A stretch of DNA of 64,000 nt. Origin: Octopus sinensis (taxonomy: Eukaryota). The notes below the pieces were generated by a model. That model did not search any database. It saw nothing but the letters and a program-made list of their open reading frames with translations, and was not told where the DNA came from. The stretch covers positions 2,852,001 through 2,916,000 of the forward strand of contig NC_043024.1 of NCBI RefSeq assembly GCF_006345805.1. The letters run 5' to 3'. Position 1 is the first letter of the stretch, and each line of letters opens with the position of its first letter. This document shows, piece by piece, positions 24,397-38,700 of the stretch. Made by a program: the position numbers and the translations under genes.

Positions 24397-25345
24397 GTTG
24401 TCCTACGTCCCCTGTAAAGATAACAGCGTCACCCTTTTGCAATACCCTTAAAACCAAGCACTTTACAGCACCAGCCCCGCCATCCTATGCACGAATTCAC
24501 AAAAGAATTGTGAAAACCAGATCCATAAATACGAAGCACGTGGTTAAAGGAAAAACGAAATGTTTCTCTAATTTCAACCAATCAGATCCATCCATTCCCG
24601 ACACTGCGGACACCGTCGCAACCGTTTCCTCTTCTTAATTTCCCCAACGTCAATATTTGCATTGCTTTTTTGATGTGGAAACCGAAGTGAAGCCCACTTG
24701 ATCGACCCCACACTCGAAAGTGTCTGAACCGTGACCACCCTGTCGCGTTTTTAGCTGCTATTTCCAGCAGTTCCCTTACTGGTTCGTATATATTTTTATG
24801 TTCTGTTGTTGTTCTTGTTGCTGTTTAACCCCAGGTCGACTCATAGCAGGACTTTTATCGTAGATCTTCCTGCTGTGACTAGGAACGTGTTCAGACAGAG
24901 TGGGACCCCTACGATTTTGCTAATTCGAAGCAAAATAATGAAGAGGGTGCCATGAAATCTAAGGTTGCAAAGTTTAAAAAGCCGTCGATAAATTCAAAAG
25001 GACTCAGTTAAAACGAATGGCTTTTTAAATCTAAAAGGTCCCATTATATTAAAAGAAGGTTGAATAATTTTAAAGGAACCTTAGAATTTAAAAAATTGCC
25101 AGGCTTAAAAAAAAATGCAAATTATTTTGCTGTAAACATGGTTCGGGGTTCAGTTCCAGTGCGTGGCACCTTAGGCAAATGTCTTCTGCTATAGACCCAG
25201 GCCGACCAAAGCCTTGTGAGTGGATATGGTGAACGGAAACTGAAAGAAGCCCGTTGTATATAAATATGTGTGTGTGTCCAGTTACTGCTTGGCAACCGGT
25301 GTTGTGTTTACATCTCCGTAACGTAGCTTTTCAGGAAAACGCGTA

Positions 25346-25501
25346 GGAGTGGCTGTGTGGTAAGTAGCTTGCTTACCAACCACATGGTTCCGGGTTCAAT
25401 CCCACCTAGTGACACCTTGGGCAAGTGTCTTCTAGTCTAGCCTCAGCCCGACTAAAGCCTTGTGAGTGGATTTGGTAGATGGAAACTGAAAGAAGCCCGT
25501 C

Positions 25502-25587
<86 letters not shown>

Positions 25588-25787
25588 GTGTGTGTCTGTG
25601 TTTGTCCCCCAACATCACTTGAAAACCGATGCTGGCGTGTTTACGTCCCCGTAACCTAGCGGTTCAGCAAAAGGAACAGATAGAATAAGTACTAGGCTTA
25701 CATAGGATAAGCCCTGGTGTAGATATGCTCGATTAAAGGCGGTGCTCCAGCATGGCCACAGTCAAATGACTGAAACAAGTAAAAGAG
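25346..25787 (+). mobile_element. Full-length SINE-B
   Basis: As 15043-15456. Confidence 0.8.
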
Positions 25788-26525
25788 TATCTATAATTTA
25801 TCTGTACAGAAATGTAGGAAATATTCGCTGTTGCCATTTCTACGGTTTAAATGTATTCTCTATCTTATATTATTTCTGTTGTTTCAGAATAATGGAATAA
25901 TAGAATTGTTACAACAGAAACATCACCAGAATATATTCCTCATCTTTTAAAGGCTAAAGGAAGGAATTTTTATACAGAATTGATATAACCTCGTTTAATA
26001 TGAAGCTGAGGTGAAATATTTCCTCTTGGGTGAGATTATAAACAAGACTTCTCTGTGTTTGCTCTCTGGAACCTGTACGAGATAATCTTGCATTCTAAAT
26101 AGACTTGGATTCAATTTACAAAGGAGATTGCAACGTTTCCAAATTACAGCAGAGATTACAGTTGATGTAAACGTAGCTGAAGGAATATTTGTCAGGAATG
26201 ATTTATAACAACTAAACTAGAAGATATATATTTTGGTGAAAGAAGAAAAACTATTGAAGTTTTCATGATGCAGAGAAGATAAAGGATTGATTTTTTTTTT
26301 CCCCTGAAGAGTTGTCAAATAAGTGATGGAAATTATGTGACTGCAATATCTGTAAAAATATCAGTGTCTCAGAGAAAGCATATTCATACAGAGGAACACC
26401 TTTATCACTGTGATATCTGTAGAAGCTTAAAGACCTAGAAACCTATTCATACAGGAAAGAAATATCCATCAGTGTGATACGTGTGGTAAATCATTCTTGC
26501 AAATCCATCGTTTAACTGTTTACAA

Positions 26526-28559
26526 ATGTATTATACAGGAAAGAAATCATATCAATGTGATATCTGTGGCAAATCATTCTCTCAAACATCTAGTTTGACT
26601 AATCACAAACGTATTCATACAGGGGAGAAACCATATCAGTGTGATATTTGTGGTAAATCTTTCTCTCATAATAGTAATGTAACTAAACATAAACGTATTC
26701 ATACGGAGGAGAAACCATATCAGTGTGATGTCTGTGGTAAATCTTTCTCTCACACTCGTGATGTAACTAAACATAAACGTATTCATACAGGAGAGAAACA
26801 ATATCAGTGTGGTACCTGTGGCCAATCATTCTCTCAAAATCATCATTTAATGAATCACAAACGTATTCATACAGGAGAAAAACCATATCAATGTGATATA
26901 TGTGGCAAATCATTCTCTCAAACATCTAGTTTGACTGATCACAAACGTATTCATACAGGTGAGAAACCATATCAATGTGATATCTGTGGTAAATCATTCT
27001 CTCGTAATCAACACTTAACTACTCACAAATACATTCATACAGGAGAGAAACCATATCAGTGTGATGTCTGTGGTAAATCTTTCTCTGGAAATCACCACTT
27101 AACTGCTCACAAATACATTCATACCGGAGAGAAACCATATCAGTGTGATGTCTGTGGTAAATCTTTCTCCAATACTAGTAATGTAACTCAACATAAACGT
27201 ATTCATACAGGTGAGAAACCATATCAGTGTGATATCTGTGGAGAATCATTCACTCAGAATCAACACTTAACTACTCACAAATACATTCACACAGGAGAGA
27301 AACCATATCATTGTGATATCTGTGGTAAATCATTCTCTAGAAATCACCACTTAACTGCTCACAAATACATTCATACAGGAGAGAAACCATATCAGTGTGA
27401 TATCTGTGGTAAATCATTTTCTGGAAATCACCACTTAACTGTTCACAAATACATTCATACAGGTGAGAAACCATATCAGTGTGATATCTGTGGTAAATCT
27501 TTCTTTCAAAGCGGTAATTTAATTAAACATAAACGTATTCATACAGGAGAAAAACCATATCAGTGTGATATTTGTGGTAAATCTTTCACTCACACTAGTG
27601 ATGTAACTAAACATAAACGTATTCATACAGGTGAGAAACCATATCAGTGTGATATCTGTGGTAAATCTTTCTCTCATAGCTGTAGCTTAACTACACATAT
27701 ACGTATTCATACAGGGGAGAAACCATATCAGTGTGATATTTGTGGTAAATCTTTCCCTCATACTAGTGATGTAACTAAACATAAACGTATTCATACAGGT
27801 GAGAAACCATATCAGTGTGATATTTGTGGTAAATCTTTCTCTCATACTAGTGATATAACTAAACATAAACGTATTCATACCGGTGAAAAACCATATAAGT
27901 GTGATATTTGTGGTAAATCTTTCCCTGATAGCGGTAACTTAAATAAACATAAACGTATTCATACAGGGGAGAAAATATATCACTGTGAAATCTGTGGTAA
28001 ATCATTTCCTCAGAACCATCACTCATCTAATCACAAACGTATTCATACAGGTGAGAAACCATATCAGTGTGATATTTGTGGTAAATCTTTCTCTCATAAT
28101 AGTGAAGTAACTAAACATAAACGTATTCATACAGGGGAGAAACCATATCAGTGTGATATCTGTGGTAAATCTTTCTCTGAAGATATTCATGTAACTAAAC
28201 ATAAACGTATTCATACAGGGGAGAAACCATATCAGTGTGATATTTGTGGTAAATCTTTCTCTGATAATAGTGATGTAACTAAACATAAACGTAGTCATAC
28301 AGGGGAGAAACCATACCAGTGTGATATTTGTGGTAAATCTTTCTCTCATAGCGGTAGCTTAACTAAACATAACCGTATTCATACAGGAGAGAAACCATAT
28401 CAGTGTGATATCTGTGGTAAATCATTCTCTGACACTAGTGCTGTAACTAGACATAAACGTATTCATACAGGGGAGAAACCATATCAGTGTGATGTCTGTG
28501 GAGAATCATTCACTCAGAATCAAAACCTAACTAGGCACAACCGTATTCATACAGGATAG
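26526..28559 (+). CDS. Poly-C2H2 zinc-finger protein ZNF3 (24 fingers), close paralogue of ZNF2
   Basis: 677 aa; colinear with ZNF2 but lacks finger 19 (QDIHVTK), exactly 28 aa. Confidence 0.88.
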   Translation: MYYTGKKSYQCDICGKSFSQTSSLTNHKRIHTGEKPYQCDICGKSFSHNSNVTKHKRIHTEEKPYQCDVCGKSFSHTRDVTKHKRIHTGEKQYQCGTCGQSFSQNHHLMNHKRIHTGEKPYQCDICGKSFSQTSSLTDHKRIHTGEKPYQCDICGKSFSRNQHLTTHKYIHTGEKPYQCDVCGKSFSGNHHLTAHKYIHTGEKPYQCDVCGKSFSNTSNVTQHKRIHTGEKPYQCDICGESFTQNQHLTTHKYIHTGEKPYHCDICGKSFSRNHHLTAHKYIHTGEKPYQCDICGKSFSGNHHLTVHKYIHTGEKPYQCDICGKSFFQSGNLIKHKRIHTGEKPYQCDICGKSFTHTSDVTKHKRIHTGEKPYQCDICGKSFSHSCSLTTHIRIHTGEKPYQCDICGKSFPHTSDVTKHKRIHTGEKPYQCDICGKSFSHTSDITKHKRIHTGEKPYKCDICGKSFPDSGNLNKHKRIHTGEKIYHCEICGKSFPQNHHSSNHKRIHTGEKPYQCDICGKSFSHNSEVTKHKRIHTGEKPYQCDICGKSFSEDIHVTKHKRIHTGEKPYQCDICGKSFSDNSDVTKHKRSHTGEKPYQCDICGKSFSHSGSLTKHNRIHTGEKPYQCDICGKSFSDTSAVTRHKRIHTGEKPYQCDVCGESFTQNQNLTRHNRIHTG

Positions 28560-29548
28560 AAACCATATCACTGTGATATCTGCGGCAGATCATTTCCTCA
28601 GAATCATCACTTATCTAATCACAAATGCGTCCATATGGAGGAAAAGTAAAGTCAACGTGATATCTGCGGAGAATCATTCTCTCAAAGTGCGGAGTCTATT
28701 TCCCATAAATGCATCCATCCAGCATCGAAACTACATCACTATATTATCTCTAGTAAATCATTCTCCCAAATCATCTTCTGTCTTATGATAATAAGTTTAT
28801 TGTATACTGTGCTCATTGGAAAAAGTTAAATGAAGAAATAGAAAGAAGACATATAGTTGTGAAATAAAGACAGCAGGGAAAGCTTAAAGTAGATGCACTG
28901 TACACAATAAAACACAAAATGTCCCCAGAAATGTATGCTGGGATAGAACCACAAAGAGGAAAGAGACCATAGGCACATCAGGGGTTGTGATGACGTATTT
29001 GGGGAAACCTGAAAGTTTTGATGGTTGCAGTCAACGTATAGTTTATTCCCCGCTTCACTAATTGTGCATATGAAAGATTATCTCTGAGAGCCATGGGTGC
29101 TGCACTGTTTTTTTTTTTTTTTTTATTTTATAAGCATGTCCATGGCTAGTTGAGGTATGGACTTCAAAAAAGTGACCAAAGTTGCTGGAAAGATGGGAGA
29201 TAGTCATGCAAACTTCAATCAAATCAGACATTTGACATCAAAACTAAGGTGTAAAATGTTATCCTTGTACCATGACTTCTTCTTTTCGACCAAGTCTCTC
29301 AAAAATCATTATTTAACTGGACACAAATGTATACACACAGAAGAGGAACCTTTGTTATAAATGAAGTGTGTAATATTCTGTGTGAATTGCCACAATTGTT
29401 TGTCATCACCTTTGTAAGGGCCAAAATCTTGAATGGTAACCTCATCAACCTTTGTGAATATTTATAATGTGAAATCTAAATAAAGCTGTTTTACTCTTTA
29501 AGTATTCTTCTGTCATTTTGTATGTCCAACATCTGAAACCAAGACTTG

Positions 29549-30406
29549 TGTTCTTTCATGCATATAGTGGGGGTGGGGTTCACTTATGAAACTCAATGGA
29601 AGGATGCACAATTGCCCCAGATTATTTCCATACCCATCATTATTTATGCTGTCCCCTAAGCGAATATATGAAGCAACCTGGAGCTGTTTTTGGTGTGTTC
29701 TTACATAGGTGAGTCTTTGATTCAATCTTGGCGTACATGTCAACAAAAAATTCATCAACATCATCGTCGTTTAACGTCCGTTTTCCGTGCTAGTACGGGT
29801 TGGACGTTTCGACTGGGGTCTGGGAAGCCAGGACGCTGCAACAGTGGCACTTCACACATTTCTCCTCATCCATCCACAGTACATAACCATACCAGCGCAA
29901 ACGTCGCTCTTGCACACCACATCTGATGCTTCTTATGTCCAGCATTTCTCTCAGGGCACTTACACTCCGTCATATGTGCACACTGACATTACACATCCAG
30001 CGGATCATGTTAGCTTCATTTCTTTCAAGTTTACACATGTCCTCTGCAGTCACAGCCCATGTTTCACTACCGTGAAGCATGGCTATACACACGCATGCAT
30101 CATACAATCTAACTTTCACTCTTAGCAAGAGACCCATTTCCACCAGTAGGGGTAGGAGCTTTCTAAACTTTGCCCAGGCTATTCGTATTCTAGTGGTGAC
30201 ACTCTCTGAGCATCCACCCTCACTACTAACTTGGTTACCTAGGTAGCAGAGACTATCAACTACTTCTGGTTTCTCCCCCTGGAGTGCGATGGAATCTGTT
30301 TTCTGAGTATCTGTGGTGTCTATTGTCCCTGTGCATTTGCCGCACATGAAAGCTATCTTCTCAGTTAATTTTCCTTTGATGTTGCTTCACCTCTTATGTG
30401 TCCATA
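29549..30406 (-). mobile_element. Helitron remnant (3' end deleted) + RTE 3' fragment
   Basis: ORFs 29513-29764 and 29970-30347; deletion junction ccaagacttgt|gttctttc at ~29548. Confidence 0.8.
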
Positions 30407-30687
30407 GCTTACACTGGGTACATCTTATCAATTCCTACTTGCTGGCATAGGTCAAACGGTTTGACTGAAACTGGTAAGCCAGAGAGCTTCACCAAGTTCC
30501 AATCTGATTTGGCACGGCTTCTACGGTTGGATGTCCTTCCTAACACCAACCAGTCCAAGAGTGTAATGGATGTTTTTAGCGTGTCACCTGCACGGGTGCC
30601 AGTTGCGTGACACCAGCATCGACCACAACTACGAATTCACTTTGCTTGACGAGTCTTCTCAACATGATAATAATGAGGATGAAGAAG

Positions 30688-31116
30688 AATTATCAGATCT
30701 TCTCACTTTGACCGGCAGATTTTTAAAATAATTTCTTTGTAACTAAACACTTTTAAACTTCGTATACTGGTAGAATGTGTTTATAAAACATCTTTTTCTC
30801 TTGGATTTCTTGAGAAAATTCTGTAGTTCGTATGCTATTTCTTGTTTAATTTCTCACCGGACGTTGTTGTTGAACTTGTTGACAAACAACAGCAGTAATT
30901 GTATTCATCTCAATATACGTCATTGATTGGTTGAAATTGCCAAAATCCGAGAAATTTAACAAGAAATAGGTTTAAAACTTCAGAATTTTCTCAAGAAAGC
31001 CAAGAGAAAAAGATGTTTTATAAACACATTCTACCAGTATACTAAGTTTAAAAGTGTTTAGTTATAAAGAAATTATTTTAAAAATCTGTCGGTCAAAGCG
31101 AAAAGATCCGAATTAT
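30688..31116. mobile_element. ~430-bp long-TIR MITE
   Basis: Copy of 1253-1681. Confidence 0.8.
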
Positions 31117-31248
31117 CAAATAAACTATATAAAGTACCCCAGGACTTATTTAAATGAAGGCTGATGCTGGAAAATAGAATCGTGTGCATGTACGTAAGCT
31201 TAACAGACATTCACAAGCGAGTATGACTTGAGAGCTTACATGATGCTT

Positions 31249-31419
31249 TCGACCCCGAAAGGATGAAAGGTAAAGTCGACCTCGGCGGATTTGAACTCAG
31301 AACGTAGCATCAGACGAAATACTGCCGGGCGAAATGCTCAGCAGTATTTCGTCTGATGCTACGTTCTGAGTTCAAATTCTGCCGACGTCGACTTTACCTT
31401 TCATCCTTTCGGGGGTCGA
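31249..31419. repeat. Fold-back SINE-A hairpin
   Basis: As 12384-12555. Confidence 0.92.
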
Positions 31420-32560
31420 TTAAATAAGTACCAGTTACGCACTGCGGTCGACGTAATCGACTTAATCCGTCTGTCTGTCCTCTCTGTGCCCCTTGTGGGT
31501 AATAAAAAAAAAATAGATGCTTTCAACTCGGAGAGGAATGGGCCCCGCGAGGTCTAAAATGCCTAATAGATGCTGGTTTTTTCGCAACAGCCTCAACAAG
31601 AGTTGAAGAAGCAAAGTAAAGCTAAGAAAAAGAGTTACTTCCCCTGGCAATTAATTGTTTAAGACCTTTAAAAATGGTCGCACCTGCTCCTGTTTAATTA
31701 CCCATCCTTTTAACGGACAGAATTGAACTTATAGGATTGATAATCAACCGTGTAAAGGTATACAAACAGCATTCTTTTATTATGTAGATTTCAAAAAATA
31801 TAAACCAACGTTTGTTGTAAAAGCCTAGAAATTCTTTCGAAGCTGTTATTGTCCGCTCTGACTTCAGTTCCGTCACATCTTCCCCGTTGACTCTCTATAT
31901 TAATATGTAAGTATTATATACACATAAGCATTTATATTGTATACATGTCATAAGTACGTATGTTTATTTTGAAGCTTATTTTGATGATAAACGTTACTGA
32001 AGCTATAATTCCGCCGAGGTCGACTTTGCCTTTCATCCTTTCGGGGTCGATAAATTAAGTACCAGTTACGCACTGGGGTCCGATATAATCGACTTAATCC
32101 GTTTGTCTGTCCTTGTGTGTCCTCTCTGTGTTTAGCCCCTTGTTAGCAATAAAGAAATAGGTAGTTGTCTTATTGCTTTCAATGTTTCGTTCTCCCATTG
32201 AAGCTCCACACTAATTTTCGATATTCCCTAAATCTTGATATCAAATACCAACTGAAAGTTTATGGTGATCCGTCGGTATAGGTACACACGTGATTTTGTT
32301 TACATTTTTGAAGATAACAGAAACCATTATCTCCTACCTCTAAACCCCCATATATAAAAAAAAAACACTTTCTTGAAATGTATCCGGTACTTATACCTAT
32401 TTCTTTACTACCCACAAGGGGCTAAACTTAGAGGCGACAAACAAGGACAGACATAGGTATTAAGTCGATTACATCAACTTCAGTGCATAACTGGTACTTT
32501 AATTTACCGACCCCGAAAGGATGAAAGGCAAAGTCGGACTCACAACGTAACGACAGAGCC

Positions 32561-33336
<776 letters not shown>

Positions 33337-33866
33337 GTCATCAAAAAAGGGGTAGAATTAATTAATTGTTAATAAATTCGACCAAGCAGTATTCGGTATG
33401 TAAAGACCATTTACGGTATATTTGAAGTATTAATTTATAAAAATATGGTAAAGTAAAAATTCACTTTACCACACACCGAACTTTTCAGAAATAGCAGCCA
33501 AAAATTTGGCTATTTCTTCAACTGTAAATAAAAGTCTCCAGACAATGCATACTCAGAAAATAACTCACATAGGTATAAGGGAAAACAATGAAAGATCACA
33601 TCCATATACGATACCCGAGGACAGTCTGTTTCTGGATTTGTGGGTAAAACGCCACTTTTCCTTCATCAGCTCAGAGATTTCTTCTGATTTAGATTTGAAA
33701 ATACTAAGAATCAAACATACCCGGTGTGTGGTAAAGTGAATTTTTTTTACTTTACCATATTTTTATAAATTAATACTTCAAATATACCGTAAATGGTCTT
33801 TACATACCGAATACTGCTTGGTCGAATTTATTAACAATTAATTAATTCTACCCCTTTTTTGATGAC
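33337..33866. mobile_element. 530-bp MITE with ~140-bp near-perfect TIRs
   Basis: gtcatcaaaaaaggggtagaattaattaattgttaataaattcgaccaagcag... is inverted at ...ctgcttggtcgaatttattaacaattaattaattctacccctttttt gatgac. Confidence 0.9.
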
Positions 33867-34218
33867 AATATAATGCTTTCTCTCCAAGAATTTGAACTGC
33901 AGTTTTTACCTCTGTAGAAATGTAATGCTCTATGACTCACGTGGGTGGACAGGGAGAATAATGGATCTCATTCGTATTTTTGGATTCGCTAGTACTGGGT
34001 GTCTGGCATGGTTTGTCCGATAATTAAGTATTGAACTTTTACCACGTGAGTTTTTTCAGTGAAATATTGTTGTTGAATTTGTGTTAAAACCTGTTTAAAT
34101 TGTCTTGTTTAAAAAATTGTTTGAACTGTTGCTGGTTTTGAACCAGGAAAACTTTGTTTTCCCCTCCTCACGGAGGGGAACTGCTGTACATTGAAACACA
34201 CACACATTCCACGGCGAA

Positions 34219-35772
34219 ATGAACAAAAATATTTGTTCAAAAATGTCAAAAAATGATGACGTAGTAGGTTTGCCTACACAAAAAAATGTGAAAATTGTTG
34301 AAGCTAAAATTGCGGAAGGTGTGACTTCCAATGAAACTGTGAAAACAGCAAAAGCGAATGAAGGTTCGCCGATTAAAAAAGCTGTGAAAACGGCTAAAGT
34401 CGCGGAAGGGTTGACTTCCAACGAAGCTGAGAAATCAGCAAATGTGTGTGACGCTTCCAAACCAAGTGAAAAAACCAAGATGTTTAACTTTGCTGCCGCT
34501 GCTGGTAGGAAGACAGAGGAAATAAAGATGGAGGAGGTGGAGTACGAAAAGTTTTTTAAAATGTTTAAAAAAGAGGGAAATAACGCGATAGCTGCCCTCC
34601 CACAAACAATTAAAGAGGAAACCGAGAAAAGGACGATAATTTATAAATCCTATGTAATAAAAGAGAAGAAAATTGAAAGGATAACCAAAGACCAAGCTGA
34701 GAAATGCCTTAAACCAATGTGGAGTGATATGGACTACGTTACGTGGGGGAGAAAGTTTGCAACAATAGAGGTGCACTTCAGAAATGAAGAAACGGCCAAA
34801 AAACACTCCCTAACACCAATAAAGACGGAGGAAATAATATTATTACCCTCGTATTTAGGGAGGAGAACCTCAAAAATCAGAGTGGAGGATGTGCCGCCAC
34901 AGGTCGACGTGAGGTGGTTGCTTCCAGCACTGTTAATGGGGCTGGAAGAGAAAATAACTGTGATAAACATCAGAAGAGTGATAAAGGAAAACTGGAGAGG
35001 ACAAGCATTGCACGTGGTGGTGCAAGCGACCCCGGAGGCAATGGAGGAAGTTCCAGAAGGAATACAATTCGGGGAAGAAATTAACTTGCGGGTGGTGGTG
35101 GAGGGGCGAAAGCCACGTTGCTACGGATGTGGCGAGATAGGTCACATCCGTATGGAATGCCCCACCAGCAAGAAAGAGGAAGAAAGAAAAAAGACAGAAG
35201 AAGAAGCAGAGAAAAAAACAGAAGAAGAAGAAGAGAACGATTTCACAACGGTGAGGCGGAAGAAAACGCCAAAGAGAAAGAATGCGGACACAAACCCAAC
35301 CAACCCTGGCACAATCAAAAAGAAATCCAACTCTCAGGGGGGAAAACCATCCCCACCCAACCACGGTTCCCCACAAAAAGAGAAGCCCCCACCCAATCCA
35401 CCCCCACCCCTCAGTGCCGAGCATTACCCCTCCATTTCAACCCCCTCCTCGTGTTCCTCCCCATCATACTCCCCGGGGTCCTCCCCATCACCCCCACAAA
35501 GCCCACAAAAAAGCAGATTTACAGAAGCCCAAATAGTATATGCGGCAATAGACAAAAATAATGACCGACTTAAAAGTGGAATGGGAAATATCCCAAGCGC
35601 AGAAAGGGTGAAAACCCACAGAAATCTACAAAAAAATGTAGAAATTTATAAATTGGACTTACGGAACTTTAACATGTTAAATGCACAGTTCGCAGGGGAC
35701 ATAAAGGGTCCGCGACTCGGAGTGGACGAGTCACTGATTAATGCGGACTTCCCCGCCACGACCACGGAATAA
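34219..35772 (+). CDS. Tx1 ORF1 (gag-like, CCHC zinc knuckle)
   Basis: 517 aa; CYGCGEIGHIRMEC (CX2CX4HX4C), then a K/E-rich and a P/S-rich region. Confidence 0.88.
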   Translation: MNKNICSKMSKNDDVVGLPTQKNVKIVEAKIAEGVTSNETVKTAKANEGSPIKKAVKTAKVAEGLTSNEAEKSANVCDASKPSEKTKMFNFAAAAGRKTEEIKMEEVEYEKFFKMFKKEGNNAIAALPQTIKEETEKRTIIYKSYVIKEKKIERITKDQAEKCLKPMWSDMDYVTWGRKFATIEVHFRNEETAKKHSLTPIKTEEIILLPSYLGRRTSKIRVEDVPPQVDVRWLLPALLMGLEEKITVINIRRVIKENWRGQALHVVVQATPEAMEEVPEGIQFGEEINLRVVVEGRKPRCYGCGEIGHIRMECPTSKKEEERKKTEEEAEKKTEEEEENDFTTVRRKKTPKRKNADTNPTNPGTIKKKSNSQGGKPSPPNHGSPQKEKPPPNPPPPLSAEHYPSISTPSSCSSPSYSPGSSPSPPQSPQKSRFTEAQIVYAAIDKNNDRLKSGMGNIPSAERVKTHRNLQKNVEIYKLDLRNFNMLNAQFAGDIKGPRLGVDESLINADFPATTTE

Positions 35773-35781
35773 AGGTAAGTA

Positions 35782-38700
35782 ATGTCTCATATTCGTGTAG
35801 GGTGTTTGAATGTGCGTGGCCTGATGCAGAGCTGGAAGCAAGGGCGCTTCCTAAATGACATCAGGTCACGGGATTTAGATGTTGTCGTTGCCACAGAAAC
35901 CCGGTTAAAGGGGCCAAGAGATCTGCTCCCGCTGTTCGGCGGTTACGAGAGTGTCATCTCTCCGAACCCGTCGGTCAGCGGAAGCGGGGTGTTGGTCCTG
36001 TGTAAAAAGAACCGGGTTTCTGAGAAAAAGTTGATTTTTGCGGATCCGGAAGGTAGGCTGGTCGTCGTTGAGTTGACGTTCAGTAGCCGTAAGACAATCA
36101 GGCTGGTTGCGGTTTACGCTCCCCCCAGTAAGGGGAAAAGTGATTATTATCGGAACCTGGAGAAGTTTCTGAGTACATCGTGCCCAGTAGTAATGTTAGG
36201 GGACTTCAACACAATCTGCGATGTGCGGGTAGACTGTGAAGGCTCGCGAACAGACAGAAAAGGAAATACTTGCTTCCTGGATCTACTAAGACGTTTTGAG
36301 CTGGTAGATCCATATAGACTGGAACATCCGGGCGCTCCACTGTGGACGTGGTCAAATAGCGACGGATCGGCAAAGTCGTATATAGACAGGATATTAATTA
36401 GGAAGGTAGATAAGAACCTAGTTAAGAGTCCACAACTCCATATAGTCAGCTACAGTGACCACAAGATGGTCACCTGTAGGCTAGACGTAGATAAGATAAC
36501 TAGAGGTCCTGGTTACTGGAAACTTAATACGTCCCTTTTGGCGATTAAGGAGTACAGGGACAGGATTAGGTTAATAATCCAGAGGGCCATGACCGGCTCC
36601 ATTTGTAACAACAAATGGTGGTATGCCCTTAAGCGAGCCATAAAATATGAGTCCGTTAGATATAGTACTAATCTTGTAGCTAGAGAGGCTAGAAAGGTAA
36701 CTACACTAGTTAAGGACTTAGAGGAAGCAATGCGAACTGGCAATGCGGACCAGGTGAAGGTCAAGAGACTGGTTCTTAACCAGCACCTCGAAGCCCAACA
36801 CATGGGTTGCATTGTCAGGGCTAGACAACGTACGATGGGGAGCGAAGGAATCAAGGCTGCAGGATGGGCCCGAGTGGTGGAAGCCCAACGTGGCAACGAT
36901 GCTACAATTCGATCTCTGGCGAACCAACAAGGTAAGTTGACAGACGAGCCCGAGGAGATGTGTCAAGCTTTTCAGGACCACTTCGCCCAGCTTTTCGGGG
37001 GGAGCGGCGGACCGGATAGGGGGAGGGACCTTACGGACCTCCTCGAAGGGCTGCCGCGCCTCTCGGGGCAGGACGCGAAGTGTAGTGAGGAGCCGATCAC
37101 ACCTGGGGAGGTAATAGAGGCCATGGCGGACTGCGGTGCGGGTAAGGCGCCGGGACTGGATGGTCTACCCTACGAGCTTTATAAAAGTATGCCGGACTTG
37201 TTCGGGGACTTACTGACGGGCGTCTACGCAAACTGGCAGCAGAATGGGTTTATCCCCAGATCTGTGCGCCGGGGAGTGGTGACGCTAATCAGGAAGGACC
37301 AGAGCAAGGGGGACGTAATAGATAATTTCAGGCCCATCACTCTGCTTAACGCAGAGTTGAAGATTTTGGCCAAAGTGTTATCGAACAGATTGGCGCGTGT
37401 CGCGAATGGACTGATTGGGAAAGCGCAAACGTGCGCCGTACCGGGCAGAGCCATTCAGGATAATCTCCATCTTATTAGATACACGATAGAGGGAATAAAT
37501 AACGATCCCGGCAAGGGAGGGGCAGTGGTCCATTTAGACCAGTCTAAAGCGTTCGATAGGGTCGACCATCACTACCTGGTGTCCGTTCTGGCTCAGTTCG
37601 GCCTAGGTCTTGGCTTCCTCAGGTGGATCATCGAAATGTATGACAACGCCGACTCGGTAGTTCAGGTGAACGGCTTTCTTTCTAAGCCGTTCAAGGTCAA
37701 ACGCTCGGTTCGCCAGGGATGTCCGCTCTCCCCGCTTTTGTATGTAGTGGCCCTGGAGCCGCTGCTGTGAAGACTGAGCGGCATCCCGAGGCAACCAGGA
37801 CGTGATATGTCGGTTTCGGCGTACGCGGATGACATCACTATCATCGTGACTGAAGTGGACCACCTACGTAAAGTAGGCAAGGCCATAGAGGTTTACGAGA
37901 CGGTGACAGGAGCAAAAGTTAATCGTGAAAAGTCGGTCGGCTTGCAACTCGGCACCTGGAGAGGCAAGTCGATGCCTCCAGACAGCGTCGTGGGACGTTG
38001 GACGGAGGGCCCGATTAAGTTGCTCGGGGTTTGGTTCGGTCCGGACCTCCAAATAGAGAAGAACTGGAGCGAGGTATCGAGCAAGGTGGCTGCAATAGTC
38101 AAGATTTGGTCTTGGCGGTGGTTATCCTTGAAAGGTAGGGCGGAGGTGGCCAATGTGTTTATAGCATCGGTGATCACCTACCGCCTTGCCGTCGTGCCTT
38201 GCCCGGATTCGTGGTTGATCAAGTTGGAGAGACAGCTCTTTCGCTTCTTGTGGAAGGGCTCGAAACCGCTTGTGAGACGCTCTGTCTGCTGTCAAAAACC
38301 GTTACAGGGTGGACTAGGGATGCCGTGGCTAATGATGCGCAGAAATGCGCTGAGGCTAAGGCACCTGTGGCTCCATCTGGGTAGTGAACGGGTGTGGTCT
38401 CCGCTGGCGAAACAGATGTTCCCCAGGTTCACCAGTTTCGGTGGCCGGGAGGACTGGTATAATCGCAGATCGAAGTTGGGTACGTGGTATACGGAGTGTC
38501 GCAAGGCACTCCGACTATTCCGTCGCTCGGGTAATGCCTGCGGCAGTGGTTCTACCGCTGTGTTTTATAGAGGGTTTGTAGAGGCCGGTAACGATGATAC
38601 GCTGGGGGAAGCCCTAGGTTTCGACGATAATCAGCTGGCCAGTCTGTTCCAACGTACATTCGGGCCGAAGACACTGGATAATTTCCAGAAGTCTTTGGCT

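Noticed and set aside
33990-34021. Tx1 target as a small-RNA gene (U2, tRNA, 5S)
   Set aside because: The reconstructed target does not resemble any such gene that I can recognise.
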